DNA from: Candidatus Fervidifonticultor sextus
GTDB taxonomy: Bacteria; Sysuimicrobiota; Sysuimicrobiia; Sysuimicrobiales; Humicultoraceae
Direction: 5' to 3'
DNA length: 64,000 nt
Assembly (NCBI GenBank): GCA_031459875.1
Contig: JAVKHQ010000006.1
Location: 36,312-100,311 of the forward strand
The notes under the pieces were generated by a model. That model was not told the origin of the DNA, did no database searches, and saw only the letters and a list, made by a program, of their open reading frames with translations. This document shows, in pieces, positions 17,414 to 26,841 of the stretch; within the stretch, counting starts at the first letter, position 1; every line of letters begins with the position of its first letter. The translations under genes and the position numbers were made by a program.

Positions 17414-18499
17414 ATGGCAACGATCCCGGACGTCGAGCTGCGCGGGGTCACGAAACGTTTTGGGTCTGTCGAGGCCGTTCGGGATGTGTCGCTTCAGATT
17501 AGCCGCGGGGAGTTCTTCACCCTGCTCGGGCCCAGCGGGTGTGGGAAGAGCACGACGCTCAACATGATCGCGGGATTCGTGGACCCCACCGACGGGCTGG
17601 TATTCTTGCGCGGCGAGTGCGTGAACTACCGTCCTCCCTTTGAGCGGAACACCGCCATGGTCTTTCAAAACTACGCCCTGTTTCCTCACATGACCGTCTG
17701 GGACAACGTGGCCTTCGGCCTGCGCATGCGGCGCGTCTCCGCGGGGGAACTCCGGCGGCGAGTGGACGAGGCTCTGGAGAAGGTTCGCCTGGCAGGGTTC
17801 GAGAGCCGTTTCCCCCGCCAGCTCAGCGGCGGCCAACAGCAGCGCGTGGCCCTGGCGCGGGCCATCGTCACCCGCCCTGCGGTTCTGTTGCTGGACGAGC
17901 CCTTGAGCAACCTCGACCTCAAGTTGCGGGAGGCGATGCGGTTGGAGCTCAAGGCGCTGCAACGTGAACTGGGCGTGACGACCCTCTACGTGACCCACGA
18001 CCAATCCGAGGCGCTGGTGATGTCGGACCGCATTGCGGTGATGAACCACGGCCGCATCGAACAGCTGGGTACGGCTGTCGACATCTACGAAAGACCCGCT
18101 ACGCCTTTCGTGGCCAGTTTTATCGGCACGACCAACTTCTTGAGGGTGCGCGCTGTCGAGATGTGGACGGACGGGCGTGCTTCGGTGGTCACCGCAGGTG
18201 GACTGGCGCTGGAGGCTACTGTGGGGTCCTCCGCGGAGGGCGACCGGCTCATGGTGGCGATCCGACCGGAGAAGATCCAATTGCTATCCCCGGCGCTAAC
18301 CGATGAGGGTTTCCATCGCGGCGTGGTCGTTCACGCGATCTACCTGGGCTCGATGGTCCGCTACATCGTTGCCCTGGACGGTGGCGAGGAGATAGCGGTG
18401 GACCAAGTCAGCGGTGACAACGCGGTGACCTGGACAAAAGGGAACCAGGTTGCTGTCCGACTGTCGCCGCAACACTGCTTGCTCATGAGCGATCGGTAG
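17414..18499 (+). CDS. ABC ATP-binding protein (PotA-like, TOBE domain)
   Basis: [32 protein letters not shown] at 17414. Confidence 0.95.
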   Translation: MATIPDVELRGVTKRFGSVEAVRDVSLQISRGEFFTLLGPSGCGKSTTLNMIAGFVDPTDGLVFLRGECVNYRPPFERNTAMVFQNYALFPHMTVWDNVAFGLRMRRVSAGELRRRVDEALEKVRLAGFESRFPRQLSGGQQQRVALARAIVTRPAVLLLDEPLSNLDLKLREAMRLELKALQRELGVTTLYVTHDQSEALVMSDRIAVMNHGRIEQLGTAVDIYERPATPFVASFIGTTNFLRVRAVEMWTDGRASVVTAGGLALEATVGSSAEGDRLMVAIRPEKIQLLSPALTDEGFHRGVVVHAIYLGSMVRYIVALDGGEEIAVDQVSGDNAVTWTKGNQVAVRLSPQHCLLMSDR

Positions 18500-18512
18500 G
18501 AGGTGCCCACGG

Positions 18513-19865
18513 GTGCTCATCATCAAGAACGGCGCTGTTATCCCTGGAGACGGGCGCACGGTGCTGGAGCCAGGCGTGGTGTACATTGAAGGCGACCGGA
18601 TCGCGGAGGTCTCGACGTCCCCAGGCCGCAGCGGCGGCCCCCAGGATCGCATCATTGACGCACGGGGAGCCGTGGTGTTCCCCGGTCTCATCAATACCCA
18701 CGCGCACGCCTGCACGGTAGGTCCGCTCTTCGCATCGGGCTCTCCGGCCATCCCGCTACAGCAGGCCGTACGGAACCTGGACAGGCACCTTCGGTTTGGC
18801 ACCACTACCGTCATCAACGTCGATGGGTTCGCGTTGCCCGAGGAGGTCGAGGTCGTGCGGGCCGTGCATCCGCTCCGCGTCCTCAACGGGACGTGTCACT
18901 TGCCGGTGAGCCTGGAAGCCGCGTCCAAGGCCGATGGCCGTGGACTTACCCATCGGCATCGGACGGCAACCGCCGATGAGCTGGCCGTAGCGGGTGCGGT
19001 GCTGATCGGTGAGGTGGGGGCCGGGCACACCCTGGGCGGCGGGGGCCAGGACTACATGTTCATCCCAATGCGTGTGCGCGAGCGCACCGGGGTGGAACTT
19101 GAACCCCGCCAGGCCCAGGCCCTCAAGTGGGCTGTCCTGGGTCGCCACATCGATCCGGCGCACTACGACAGGGCCAGGGTCGCGGCCGTCCTGACCGAGG
19201 TCGGCCTAGCCGGAAGACTCACCGAGGACGAGGCGCGGGAGCTCGTGTGCGAGTCCGTGCTGCCGTCGTTCCAGCTGGGGCTGAAGGGATTCGCCGAGGC
19301 GGGGGACGCAGGCCGGCGATTGGGACTTCCGGTGCTGGTCCACAACTCCGCTCCGTCATGGGGGGCGACCCGCGATCTGGCCACAACCCTCGGTCCGCTG
19401 TTGATCGCCGGCCATACGAACCATACGACCTTTACCGTTGAAGAATCGCTGGCATCGGCTCGTGAGTTACGGCGCTGGGGGTCCTTCATCGAAGTCTGCA
19501 CGCTGGACGCCTTTGGCGCCAAGCGGCTTGTCGAGACCCTTGATCACATTAATGCCCTCTTGGCTTCCGGCCTCGTGGACATCTGGGCGACCGACTACGC
19601 TGGAGGATACTGGGACTGCCAGCTGGTGGGCCTGGAGGCCGTCGTTAGAGCGGGTACGGTGTCGCTCCCCGCAGGCATCGCGCTCGCCAGTCGCAACCCA
19701 GCGCGGGCCGTCGGTACGCTGGCCGACCGGGGTGAACTCGCCCCTGGCAGGCTGGCGGATGTGGTCATCGCCAGCGCCGACCGGCTTTCCGAGGTTCATA
19801 CGGTCATTATCGGCGGTGCCATCGTCTACGAGCACGGCGAGGTTCGCCGCCAGGTTTTGCACTAG
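18513..19865 (+). CDS. Metal-dependent amidohydrolase
   Basis: PGLINTHAH, VHN, GHTNH, ATDYAGG, GELAPGRLADVV. Confidence 0.88.
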   Translation: MLIIKNGAVIPGDGRTVLEPGVVYIEGDRIAEVSTSPGRSGGPQDRIIDARGAVVFPGLINTHAHACTVGPLFASGSPAIPLQQAVRNLDRHLRFGTTTVINVDGFALPEEVEVVRAVHPLRVLNGTCHLPVSLEAASKADGRGLTHRHRTATADELAVAGAVLIGEVGAGHTLGGGGQDYMFIPMRVRERTGVELEPRQAQALKWAVLGRHIDPAHYDRARVAAVLTEVGLAGRLTEDEARELVCESVLPSFQLGLKGFAEAGDAGRRLGLPVLVHNSAPSWGATRDLATTLGPLLIAGHTNHTTFTVEESLASARELRRWGSFIEVCTLDAFGAKRLVETLDHINALLASGLVDIWATDYAGGYWDCQLVGLEAVVRAGTVSLPAGIALASRNPARAVGTLADRGELAPGRLADVVIASADRLSEVHTVIIGGAIVYEHGEVRRQVLH

Positions 19866-19880
19866 CAGGAGGGGGCAGCG

Positions 19881-21299
19881 GTGCCGGGGTCCTCGATCGA
19901 ACGGCTGGCCCATTTCGCTGCCGGGGTGGCATTTGGCGCGCTGCCGCCCGAGGTGGTTGAACGGGCGCGGGCTTCCCTCCTCGATGGCATCGGGTGCATT
20001 CTCGGGGCTTGGAGTCTCCCCGAAGGCCGATGGATCGCCGAACGCACCGAGGCAGTCGGCGGAACGCCCGAGGCCATCATCCCGGGCGGCTCGATCGCCG
20101 TCCCTGTGGGACCGGCAGCCTATGCCGCGGGGACCATGATCAACCTCCTGGACTTTGACGACACGGCGCCGATGGCCGGCCATCCCGGTGCTGCTGTTCT
20201 TCCCGCAGTGCTGGCTGTGGTAGGGCTTCGGTCGCATGGAAAGGAGTGTGGTCGAACCCCTGTGGGCGTTCCTGCGGACGTATCCGGGTCGGATCTGCTG
20301 GTAGCGCTGGTGGCGGGCTATGAGGTGGCACTGCGCATTGCCGCAGCCGGTAGGCCCACCGCGGATCGAGAGGCCCGAATCCGCGGGCACGGCACCTGGC
20401 AGGCGTTCGGTGCGGCCGCCGCTGCAGGGCGACTGCTCGGTCTGGATGCCACACAGATGGCGAACGCCCTGGCGCTAGCCGCGCTCCACGCCCCGATACC
20501 GTTCGTCGGTCGCTGGTACCAGCGCCCCGTGGGCACCCTCAAGAATAACTACGGGTGGGTGGCCCTGGGCGGCGTGCAATCGGCCATGTTGGCTGCTGCA
20601 GGCTGGCGGGGGAACCTCAACGTGCTTGATGGGCCTGGTGGGTTCTGGGAGATGGCGGGCTCCGATCGCTGGGCCGAAGAGGCCATCGGTGACGGCCTGG
20701 GGACCACATTCCAGATGCTTCAGGTCGGACACAAGACCTACCCGGCCTGCTGGCATCTCGGAGCGGCGCTGGGAGCGTTGGAGCGGATCTTGCGTCAGGG
20801 ATCTCTTGCCTCCCACCAGGTGTGCAGGGTCCGCATCGCGTCGGTCGATCGCATCACGAACTTCACCGACTGGACGCCAACGACTCCCTACGATGCGCAG
20901 TTCAGCCTGCCGTACACCGCAGCCATGATCCTCCTGGGCGTACCTCCCGGCCCGGAGTGGTTCGCCGCAGATCGTCTCACCGCTGGCGACGTGCGGAGCC
21001 AGATGGCCAAGATCGCCGTCGTCGTGGACAAGGACATGCGGTCCGATCTCCCGGGTCGTACCCCCGCCAGGGTCACCGTGGAGACCGTCACGGGGAAGAG
21101 CTGGACGGAGGAGGCTTCCCATCCGCCGGGCGATCCCAGCGCGCCGCTATCGTGGGACCAGGTGGCAAGCAAGTTCGTCCGTCTCGCCGCCCTCCGGCTG
21201 GGGCCCGAGGAAGCCGCGGGAGTCGTGCAGTGGTGTGGCCGGCTCGGAGCGCCTGATTCCGAGCACCTGGTGGGTCCAGCGCTTTCAATGGAGCGGTAG
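19881..21299 (+). CDS. MmgE/PrpD family protein (1)
   Basis: LDFDD..GHPG, LVAGYEV, KTYPACWH, AQFSLPY, PPGDP. Confidence 0.92.
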   Translation: MPGSSIERLAHFAAGVAFGALPPEVVERARASLLDGIGCILGAWSLPEGRWIAERTEAVGGTPEAIIPGGSIAVPVGPAAYAAGTMINLLDFDDTAPMAGHPGAAVLPAVLAVVGLRSHGKECGRTPVGVPADVSGSDLLVALVAGYEVALRIAAAGRPTADREARIRGHGTWQAFGAAAAAGRLLGLDATQMANALALAALHAPIPFVGRWYQRPVGTLKNNYGWVALGGVQSAMLAAAGWRGNLNVLDGPGGFWEMAGSDRWAEEAIGDGLGTTFQMLQVGHKTYPACWHLGAALGALERILRQGSLASHQVCRVRIASVDRITNFTDWTPTTPYDAQFSLPYTAAMILLGVPPGPEWFAADRLTAGDVRSQMAKIAVVVDKDMRSDLPGRTPARVTVETVTGKSWTEEASHPPGDPSAPLSWDQVASKFVRLAALRLGPEEAAGVVQWCGRLGAPDSEHLVGPALSMER

Positions 21300-21303
21300 G
21301 ATC

Positions 21304-22455
21304 GTGAACACCATTCTGGAAGCGGATGTCGTGGTCATTGGGGCAGGTGCCGTCGGTAACTCCATCGCCTATCATCTCGCCAAGCGCGGGAAGGCGGTCG
21401 TGATCGTCGACCGACGGGCGCCGGCGGCCGAGGCCAGCGGGGCCAATTTCGGCCTGGTCTGGGTGCACTCCAAAGAGCCCTGGTACTACATGGAGCTCTC
21501 CCTGATCAGCGCGCGCCTTTATCCGCCGCTCGTTGCGGAGTTGGACATCGATGTGGAGCTCCGCCAGGAGGGCGGCCTGGTCCTGTGCATGAGCGAGGAG
21601 GAGTACCAGAAGGGAGAAGCGATGATCGCCCGCCAGAGGCAGAGCCCGCTCTTCCGCGGGCGCATGCTCTCGGCCCGGGAGGTGCATGAGCTGCAACCCG
21701 GGATCACGCCCGAGATCGTCGGCGCGAGCTGGAGCCCGGACGACGGTGATCTGAATCCCATCGCATACACGTTGGCGCTGGCCAGGGCCTGTGAGCGGTG
21801 GGGCGTGAAGATCCTTCCCGGCACCACCGTGACCGACATCGAGCGGACGGACGGTCGGATCACGGGTGTGATGACCGACCGGGGAAGAATCGCCACGCCC
21901 ATTGTGGTCAACTCTGCGGGCGTGCACGCCCCGAAGATCGGTGAGATGGTGGGGCACCCCCTGCCCATCGAACCCAGCCGAGGTCAGGAGTTGATCACCG
22001 AGAGTGCCTCGCCGTTGCTGCGCTACCCGATGTCCGGCATCAGGCAGATGAAAGCGACCGGACAGTTCATCCTGGGATTCACCGATGAATGGGTGGGGTT
22101 CGACAAGCGCACCACGATGGCGGGCATGACGAAGATCGCCGCCAACGCCGTGCGCAAGGTGCCTGCCGTCCGCCATCTCCGCGTCATTCGCTCCTGGGCC
22201 GGGCTGAGGCCGATGCCCAGGGATGGCCTGCCGCTCATCGGCCAACTCCGCGAGGTGCCCGGCTTCTACGTTGCGGTCGGACACAGCGGGATCACGCTAT
22301 CCCCCATGTACGGTCGGGCACTCTCCGAGCTGATCTGCGATGGGACGACGACCCTTCCTATCGAACCCTACCATCCGTGTCGGTTTGATCCAGAAGGAGG
22401 GGCACCGGAGCGCCTGACTACCGAAGCGGCGGCTGCGAGAGAGGAGAAACGATGA
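21304..22455 (+). CDS. FAD-dependent oxidoreductase, opine dehydrogenase beta (OoxB/OdhB/HcnC-like)
   Basis: IGAGAVG, ASGANFG, WAGLRP..DGLP, GHSGITL. Confidence 0.88.
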   Translation: MNTILEADVVVIGAGAVGNSIAYHLAKRGKAVVIVDRRAPAAEASGANFGLVWVHSKEPWYYMELSLISARLYPPLVAELDIDVELRQEGGLVLCMSEEEYQKGEAMIARQRQSPLFRGRMLSAREVHELQPGITPEIVGASWSPDDGDLNPIAYTLALARACERWGVKILPGTTVTDIERTDGRITGVMTDRGRIATPIVVNSAGVHAPKIGEMVGHPLPIEPSRGQELITESASPLLRYPMSGIRQMKATGQFILGFTDEWVGFDKRTTMAGMTKIAANAVRKVPAVRHLRVIRSWAGLRPMPRDGLPLIGQLREVPGFYVAVGHSGITLSPMYGRALSELICDGTTTLPIEPYHPCRFDPEGGAPERLTTEAAAAREEKR

Positions 22456-22763
22456 GTGCGGGACCGGCGCGCATCGAACGCATCAGGCGTGGTGCACCGT
22501 TGCGGTTTGAGGTAGACAGTGTCCAGGTCACGGCCTTTGAAGGCGAGCGCATCGCCGCTGCGCTGCTGGTCAGCGGTCGGATGGCACTGAGACGAAGCCA
22601 GAAGCTCGGGGAGCCGCGGGGGCTGTTCTGTGGAATTGGGCTCTGCTTCGAGTGTCTGGTTCAGGTGGAAGGGTTGGGTACCGTTCTTGCGTGTCAGACA
22701 CCGGTTCGCGAGGGAATGCGTGTGGCCACTACAAAGGCCAGGCCCGCAGGGGCATCATCATGA
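22452..22763 (+). CDS. [2Fe-2S] subunit (OdhC/HcnA-like)
   Basis: GLFCGIGLCFECLV..ACQTPVREGM. Confidence 0.92.
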   Translation: MSAGPARIERIRRGAPLRFEVDSVQVTAFEGERIAAALLVSGRMALRRSQKLGEPRGLFCGIGLCFECLVQVEGLGTVLACQTPVREGMRVATTKARPAGASS

Positions 22764-24199
22764 GGGACCGGCGGATTGTGGTCGTCGGTGGTGGACCTGC
22801 AGGGATCGCCGCAGGTTTGGAAGCCGCGCTGGCGGGCGCCCAGGTGACCATTGTTGAGGAGCGGGAGGACCTGGGCGGGCAGTACTACAAGCAGTTGCCC
22901 TCGGGATGGATTGCTGAAACAAGGAGTTGGCTTGATCGGCAGTACGATGAGGGCCGCGAGCTGATCGAGCAGCTCCGACGATTAGGTGTGGAGATCCTGA
23001 CCGGTACCCTGGTCTGGAGCCTCTTCGAGGATCATACTCTTGGCCTCACGGATGGGACAGCCGTCTGGCAATTCCCCTATGCGAAGCTCATTCTCGCGAC
23101 AGGGGCAGGAGAACTGCCGGTGGCCCTCCCTGGGTGGACCCTGCCGGGTGTCCTGACTGGGGGCGGTGCCCAGAGCCTGGCTACGGGTCAGGGAGTGCTT
23201 GTGGGCCGACGGATTCTCCTCGCCGGTGTCGGTCCGTTTCAGCTTCGCGTTGCCGCCCAATTGATAGAGGCCGGTGCCGGCATCGTCGCTATCTTGGACG
23301 CCGCGAACACGTGGACTACTGCGCGCTCTGCTGCGCGCGTGCTCGTTTATTGGAAACAGTTCCGCCAGGCCCTGAACTACTTCGCGGTCGTTCGAAGGGC
23401 AGGTGTGAAGATCTTCCGTGCACACCTGCCGACGCGGATCCTTGGGGATGACCGCGTCGAACGTGTCGTGGCCTCACGCGTTGACGATCAGTGGCGACCA
23501 CTTCCTGGCACGGAGGTGGAATTTGATGTCGATGCCGTCTGTCTGACATTTGGGTTCGTTCCGTCGGTAGAGCTCGCCCGCCTCGCCGGCTGTCGGCTGG
23601 ACTATCGGCCCGATGCGGGAGGGTGGTTCGTCTGGCACGGCGCAACTCAAGCAACTTCGGTTCCGGATGTCTTTGTTGCCGGGGAAGCCGGCGGTGTGGA
23701 GGGTGCCGCCGTGGCGCTGGAAGAGGGCCGACTGGCTGGTCTCGAGGCGGCGTGGCAGCTGGGTGTCGTGGAGGAACGACGGTACCGGATGCGACGAGGG
23801 GAGATTGAACAGGCCCTCACGCGGGCGCGCCGACCCGCGCGCATCCTGCGCAGCCTGACCGCGATTCGGCCGGGGCTGTTCGAGTTGATCACTGATGACA
23901 CCATCGTGTGCCGATGCGAGGACGTGCGGGCCGGGGAGGTTCTCGCGGCTGCGAACCGCTGGGAGCCGGGACTTCGTGGCGTCAAGTTGTGGACGCGGGC
24001 TGGCATGGGAATGTGTCAGTCACGGATGTGTGGGCATATCATCAGCGGGTTGATTGCCAGGACCAAGGGCATCCCGATCGACTCCATCTCGCTGGATACC
24101 CCGCGCCCTCCGGTGAAGCCGGTACCTCTTGCGGCCATGGCAGCTCCTCGGGATGGCGGCGGGGCGGCTCTTGGGGCCTGGCACGAACGCAAGGCCTGA
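22760..24199 (+). CDS. NAD(P)/FAD oxidoreductase with C-terminal BFD-like Cys cluster (OoxA/OdhA/HcnB-like alpha subunit)
   Basis: GGGPAG, ILATGA, PGWTLPGV, VCRCEDV, RAGMGMCQSRMC, RPPVKPV. Confidence 0.9.
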   Translation: MRDRRIVVVGGGPAGIAAGLEAALAGAQVTIVEEREDLGGQYYKQLPSGWIAETRSWLDRQYDEGRELIEQLRRLGVEILTGTLVWSLFEDHTLGLTDGTAVWQFPYAKLILATGAGELPVALPGWTLPGVLTGGGAQSLATGQGVLVGRRILLAGVGPFQLRVAAQLIEAGAGIVAILDAANTWTTARSAARVLVYWKQFRQALNYFAVVRRAGVKIFRAHLPTRILGDDRVERVVASRVDDQWRPLPGTEVEFDVDAVCLTFGFVPSVELARLAGCRLDYRPDAGGWFVWHGATQATSVPDVFVAGEAGGVEGAAVALEEGRLAGLEAAWQLGVVEERRYRMRRGEIEQALTRARRPARILRSLTAIRPGLFELITDDTIVCRCEDVRAGEVLAAANRWEPGLRGVKLWTRAGMGMCQSRMCGHIISGLIARTKGIPIDSISLDTPRPPVKPVPLAAMAAPRDGGGAALGAWHERKA

Positions 24200-24271
24200 T
24201 GTCCATGCATCCGCGGGGCATGGCTGGAAAGGGCAGTGGCGTGTTGCCGATGCCGTGAGGAGGCGCATCAG

Positions 24272-25366
24272 GTGGGCCGCTCCGCCATAGCGATTCTCGG
24301 CGCGGGCAATACCGGGCAGGGCTTGGCCGGCATCCTGGCAAGCCGGGGGGAGGAAGTGCGGCTCTACAACCGATCGGAGCGTGCGCTCGCACCCATTCGG
24401 GAGGCGGGTGGCATCCTCCTCCGACATGCTGTTGAAGGGTTCGGCAGGCCGCAGGTCGTGACCACAGAGATGGAGATGGCCGTGGTCGGTGCCGACCTCG
24501 TCATGGTCACGGTACCCGCGTATGGCCACCGGGTGATCTCCCAGATGCTGGCTCGGCACATCCGGCCTGGGCAGATCGTGGTGTTCCACCCAGGCAGCCT
24601 GGGAAGCGCTCTGGAGTTGGCCAACATGGTCGCTGAGCGCGGATCTGATGGCATCGTCGTCGCAGAGACCGAGACCTGCCTGTACACTTCTCGCATCGCA
24701 GGTCCCGCCCGCGTGGACATTCGAACGAGAAAGAAGAGCGTTGCTCTGGCTGCGTTGCCGGCCACCGAGACAGGCCACGTCGTGGCGGCATTGAGGGAGC
24801 CCTTCGGCGATGGCTATGTGCCGGCGGAGAGTCTCTTGCAGATCGGCTTGGGGAACGTGAACCCTGTTTATCATTGCGCCCCGGTTCTCTGCAACGTCGG
24901 GCCGATCGAACGCGGCGAGGACCGGCCGTTCTTCCAGTTCGTGACCGAGAGCATTGCCCGGCTGGTGGACCTGGTCGACCGTGAGAGGTTGGCGCTGGCA
25001 GGCGCCCTCGGGGTGAGGGCGACGAGCTTCTGGACATTCCTGGAGACAGCCTACGGCGTATCAGGCGGCACACTCTCTCAACGGATTCACGCCGCTTACG
25101 GGCGCGGACAACCCACGGCAGCCCCGAAAACCCTGGAGGCCCGATACCTGACCGAGGATGTCCCCTTCGGCTTGGTGCCGTGGTCCTCCCTGGCCAGGCA
25201 ACTGTCGGTCCCGACTCCGACCATCGACGCCATGATTCAGATGGCTTCGGCCCTATGCGGCCGGGAGTTCCGGCAGGAGGGGCGCACGGCAGAGACGCTC
25301 GGCCTGGGTGGCCTTGATGCGGGACAGATCAGGGCGCGGTTCACAGATAGGGCCCGTAGTGAGTGA
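24272..25366 (+). CDS. NAD/NADP octopine/nopaline (opine) dehydrogenase family
   Basis: ILGAGNTG, PGSLGS, AETETCLY..R, NVNPVYH, VDRERLAL, RYLTEDVPFGLVP. Confidence 0.9.
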   Translation: MGRSAIAILGAGNTGQGLAGILASRGEEVRLYNRSERALAPIREAGGILLRHAVEGFGRPQVVTTEMEMAVVGADLVMVTVPAYGHRVISQMLARHIRPGQIVVFHPGSLGSALELANMVAERGSDGIVVAETETCLYTSRIAGPARVDIRTRKKSVALAALPATETGHVVAALREPFGDGYVPAESLLQIGLGNVNPVYHCAPVLCNVGPIERGEDRPFFQFVTESIARLVDLVDRERLALAGALGVRATSFWTFLETAYGVSGGTLSQRIHAAYGRGQPTAAPKTLEARYLTEDVPFGLVPWSSLARQLSVPTPTIDAMIQMASALCGREFRQEGRTAETLGLGGLDAGQIRARFTDRARSE

Positions 25367-26790
25367 AGGAGGGTGTGGCGGAGATGTCGGCTCGTGATCT
25401 GACGAAGAGGGTTTCCGAGTTTGTTGTCAACCTGAGCAGCGATGCCCTGCCTGAGCGGATCATACACAAGTCCCGGGCATGCCTGCTGGATTACCTCGGC
25501 TATGCCTGGTACGGATCCGTGGCGCGCCCGATCCACATCCTGTTTGAGACGTTGGCCGACTCGGGTGACTGCACGGTTATCGGTCGAGACCGGACGACAA
25601 GTCCCCTGATCGCCGCCTTCGTCAATGGCGCCATGGGTCATGTGGCCGAACTGGACGACACTCACCGGGGAAGCATGGCACACATCGGTGACAGCGTCAT
25701 TCCGGCGGCAATGGCGGCGGCGGAAGCGACCGGGGGCGATGGAAAGACCTTGCTGCGGGCCGTGGTCGCCGGCTACGACGTGGCCGCGCGGGCCGGAGAG
25801 TCACTCATGCCCTCCCACTATTACCGCGGGTGGCACCCCAGTGCGACCGTGAACACCCTGGGGGCTGCTGTAGCAGCCGGGGTCGTCCTCGGGCTGTCTG
25901 TGCAGCGGATGCAGCATGCTCTGGGCATCGCAGGCACGCAGATCTGCGGGAACTTCGCGCATATTCCCGAGCGCGGCATGGTGAAGGACTTCAATCCGGG
26001 ACGGGCGGCCTTTTCCGGCTTGCTGGCTGCGCTGCTGGCCAACTCGGGGTTCACTGGGGCGACGGACTTCCTGGAGAACCGCCATGGGCTGGCCATGTAC
26101 GGCGAGAGTGTGAAGCCCGAGGCCTTCCTGGACGGGCTGGGCGAGAGATTCAAGATTGAAGAGGTCTCCCACAAGATGTATACGGCGTGCCGCCACATTC
26201 ACTCGGCCATCGACGCCGCCATCGAGATCGAGGCCACCCTGAGACCACGAGCCGAAGACGTCGACATGGTCGAGATCGAGAGCTGGAGCCACATCACGTT
26301 CTGCGACGATCCAACGCCGTGGCAGGACGCCTGGTACGGCCCCCGCTTCAGCGCGCAGTTCAACGTGGCCGTCGCGCTCCTCCATGGGAAGGCGGGTATC
26401 GACGCGCTTTTTGAACCGCACGCCTCCCTCCGTCTGCTGGAGGATCCCGACGTGAAATCCCTCATCCACAAGACCCGGGTCGTGGTGGATCCTACCATGG
26501 ATGAGAGTTTCCCGGCATTGTGGCCCGGACGGGTGAAGGTCAGGCTCAAGGACGGACGGAGCGCCGTCGTCCGTAAGGACGTGGCCGTAGGAGAGCCGGA
26601 GGTCCCAGTGACGTACATCGACATCGTGGGGAAGTTCCGGCGGTTGTGCGCACTCATCGGTGTACCCGAACAGGCGCAGGCCCAGGTGATCGACGCCGTG
26701 GCCCGATGGCCGGATATCAGGGTGAGGGAACTCTGCGGGCTGCTGCGGCGGACGCCTGGTCGGGCATCGATGGAGCAGCTTGTCCTTTGA
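25363..26790 (+). CDS. MmgE/PrpD family protein (2)
   Basis: NGAMGHVAELDDTH, AGYDV, GWHPS, KMYTACRHIH, GEPE; alternative start ATG 25384. Confidence 0.92.
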   Translation: MKEGVAEMSARDLTKRVSEFVVNLSSDALPERIIHKSRACLLDYLGYAWYGSVARPIHILFETLADSGDCTVIGRDRTTSPLIAAFVNGAMGHVAELDDTHRGSMAHIGDSVIPAAMAAAEATGGDGKTLLRAVVAGYDVAARAGESLMPSHYYRGWHPSATVNTLGAAVAAGVVLGLSVQRMQHALGIAGTQICGNFAHIPERGMVKDFNPGRAAFSGLLAALLANSGFTGATDFLENRHGLAMYGESVKPEAFLDGLGERFKIEEVSHKMYTACRHIHSAIDAAIEIEATLRPRAEDVDMVEIESWSHITFCDDPTPWQDAWYGPRFSAQFNVAVALLHGKAGIDALFEPHASLRLLEDPDVKSLIHKTRVVVDPTMDESFPALWPGRVKVRLKDGRSAVVRKDVAVGEPEVPVTYIDIVGKFRRLCALIGVPEQAQAQVIDAVARWPDIRVRELCGLLRRTPGRASMEQLVL

Positions 26791-26841
26791 TTTCTGCGGC
26801 CGAGGAGCGCGCCGCACCGTCTGGGACAAGAGAAAAGGGAG

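Noticed and set aside
21304..24199. Hydrogen cyanide synthase (hcnABC)
   Set aside because: Same families, but the order is beta-gamma-alpha and the context of importers and opine dehydrogenase is catabolic
24199..24258. 19-codon ORF overlapping the alpha-subunit stop
   Set aside because: Too short, no features; probably chance or a scar
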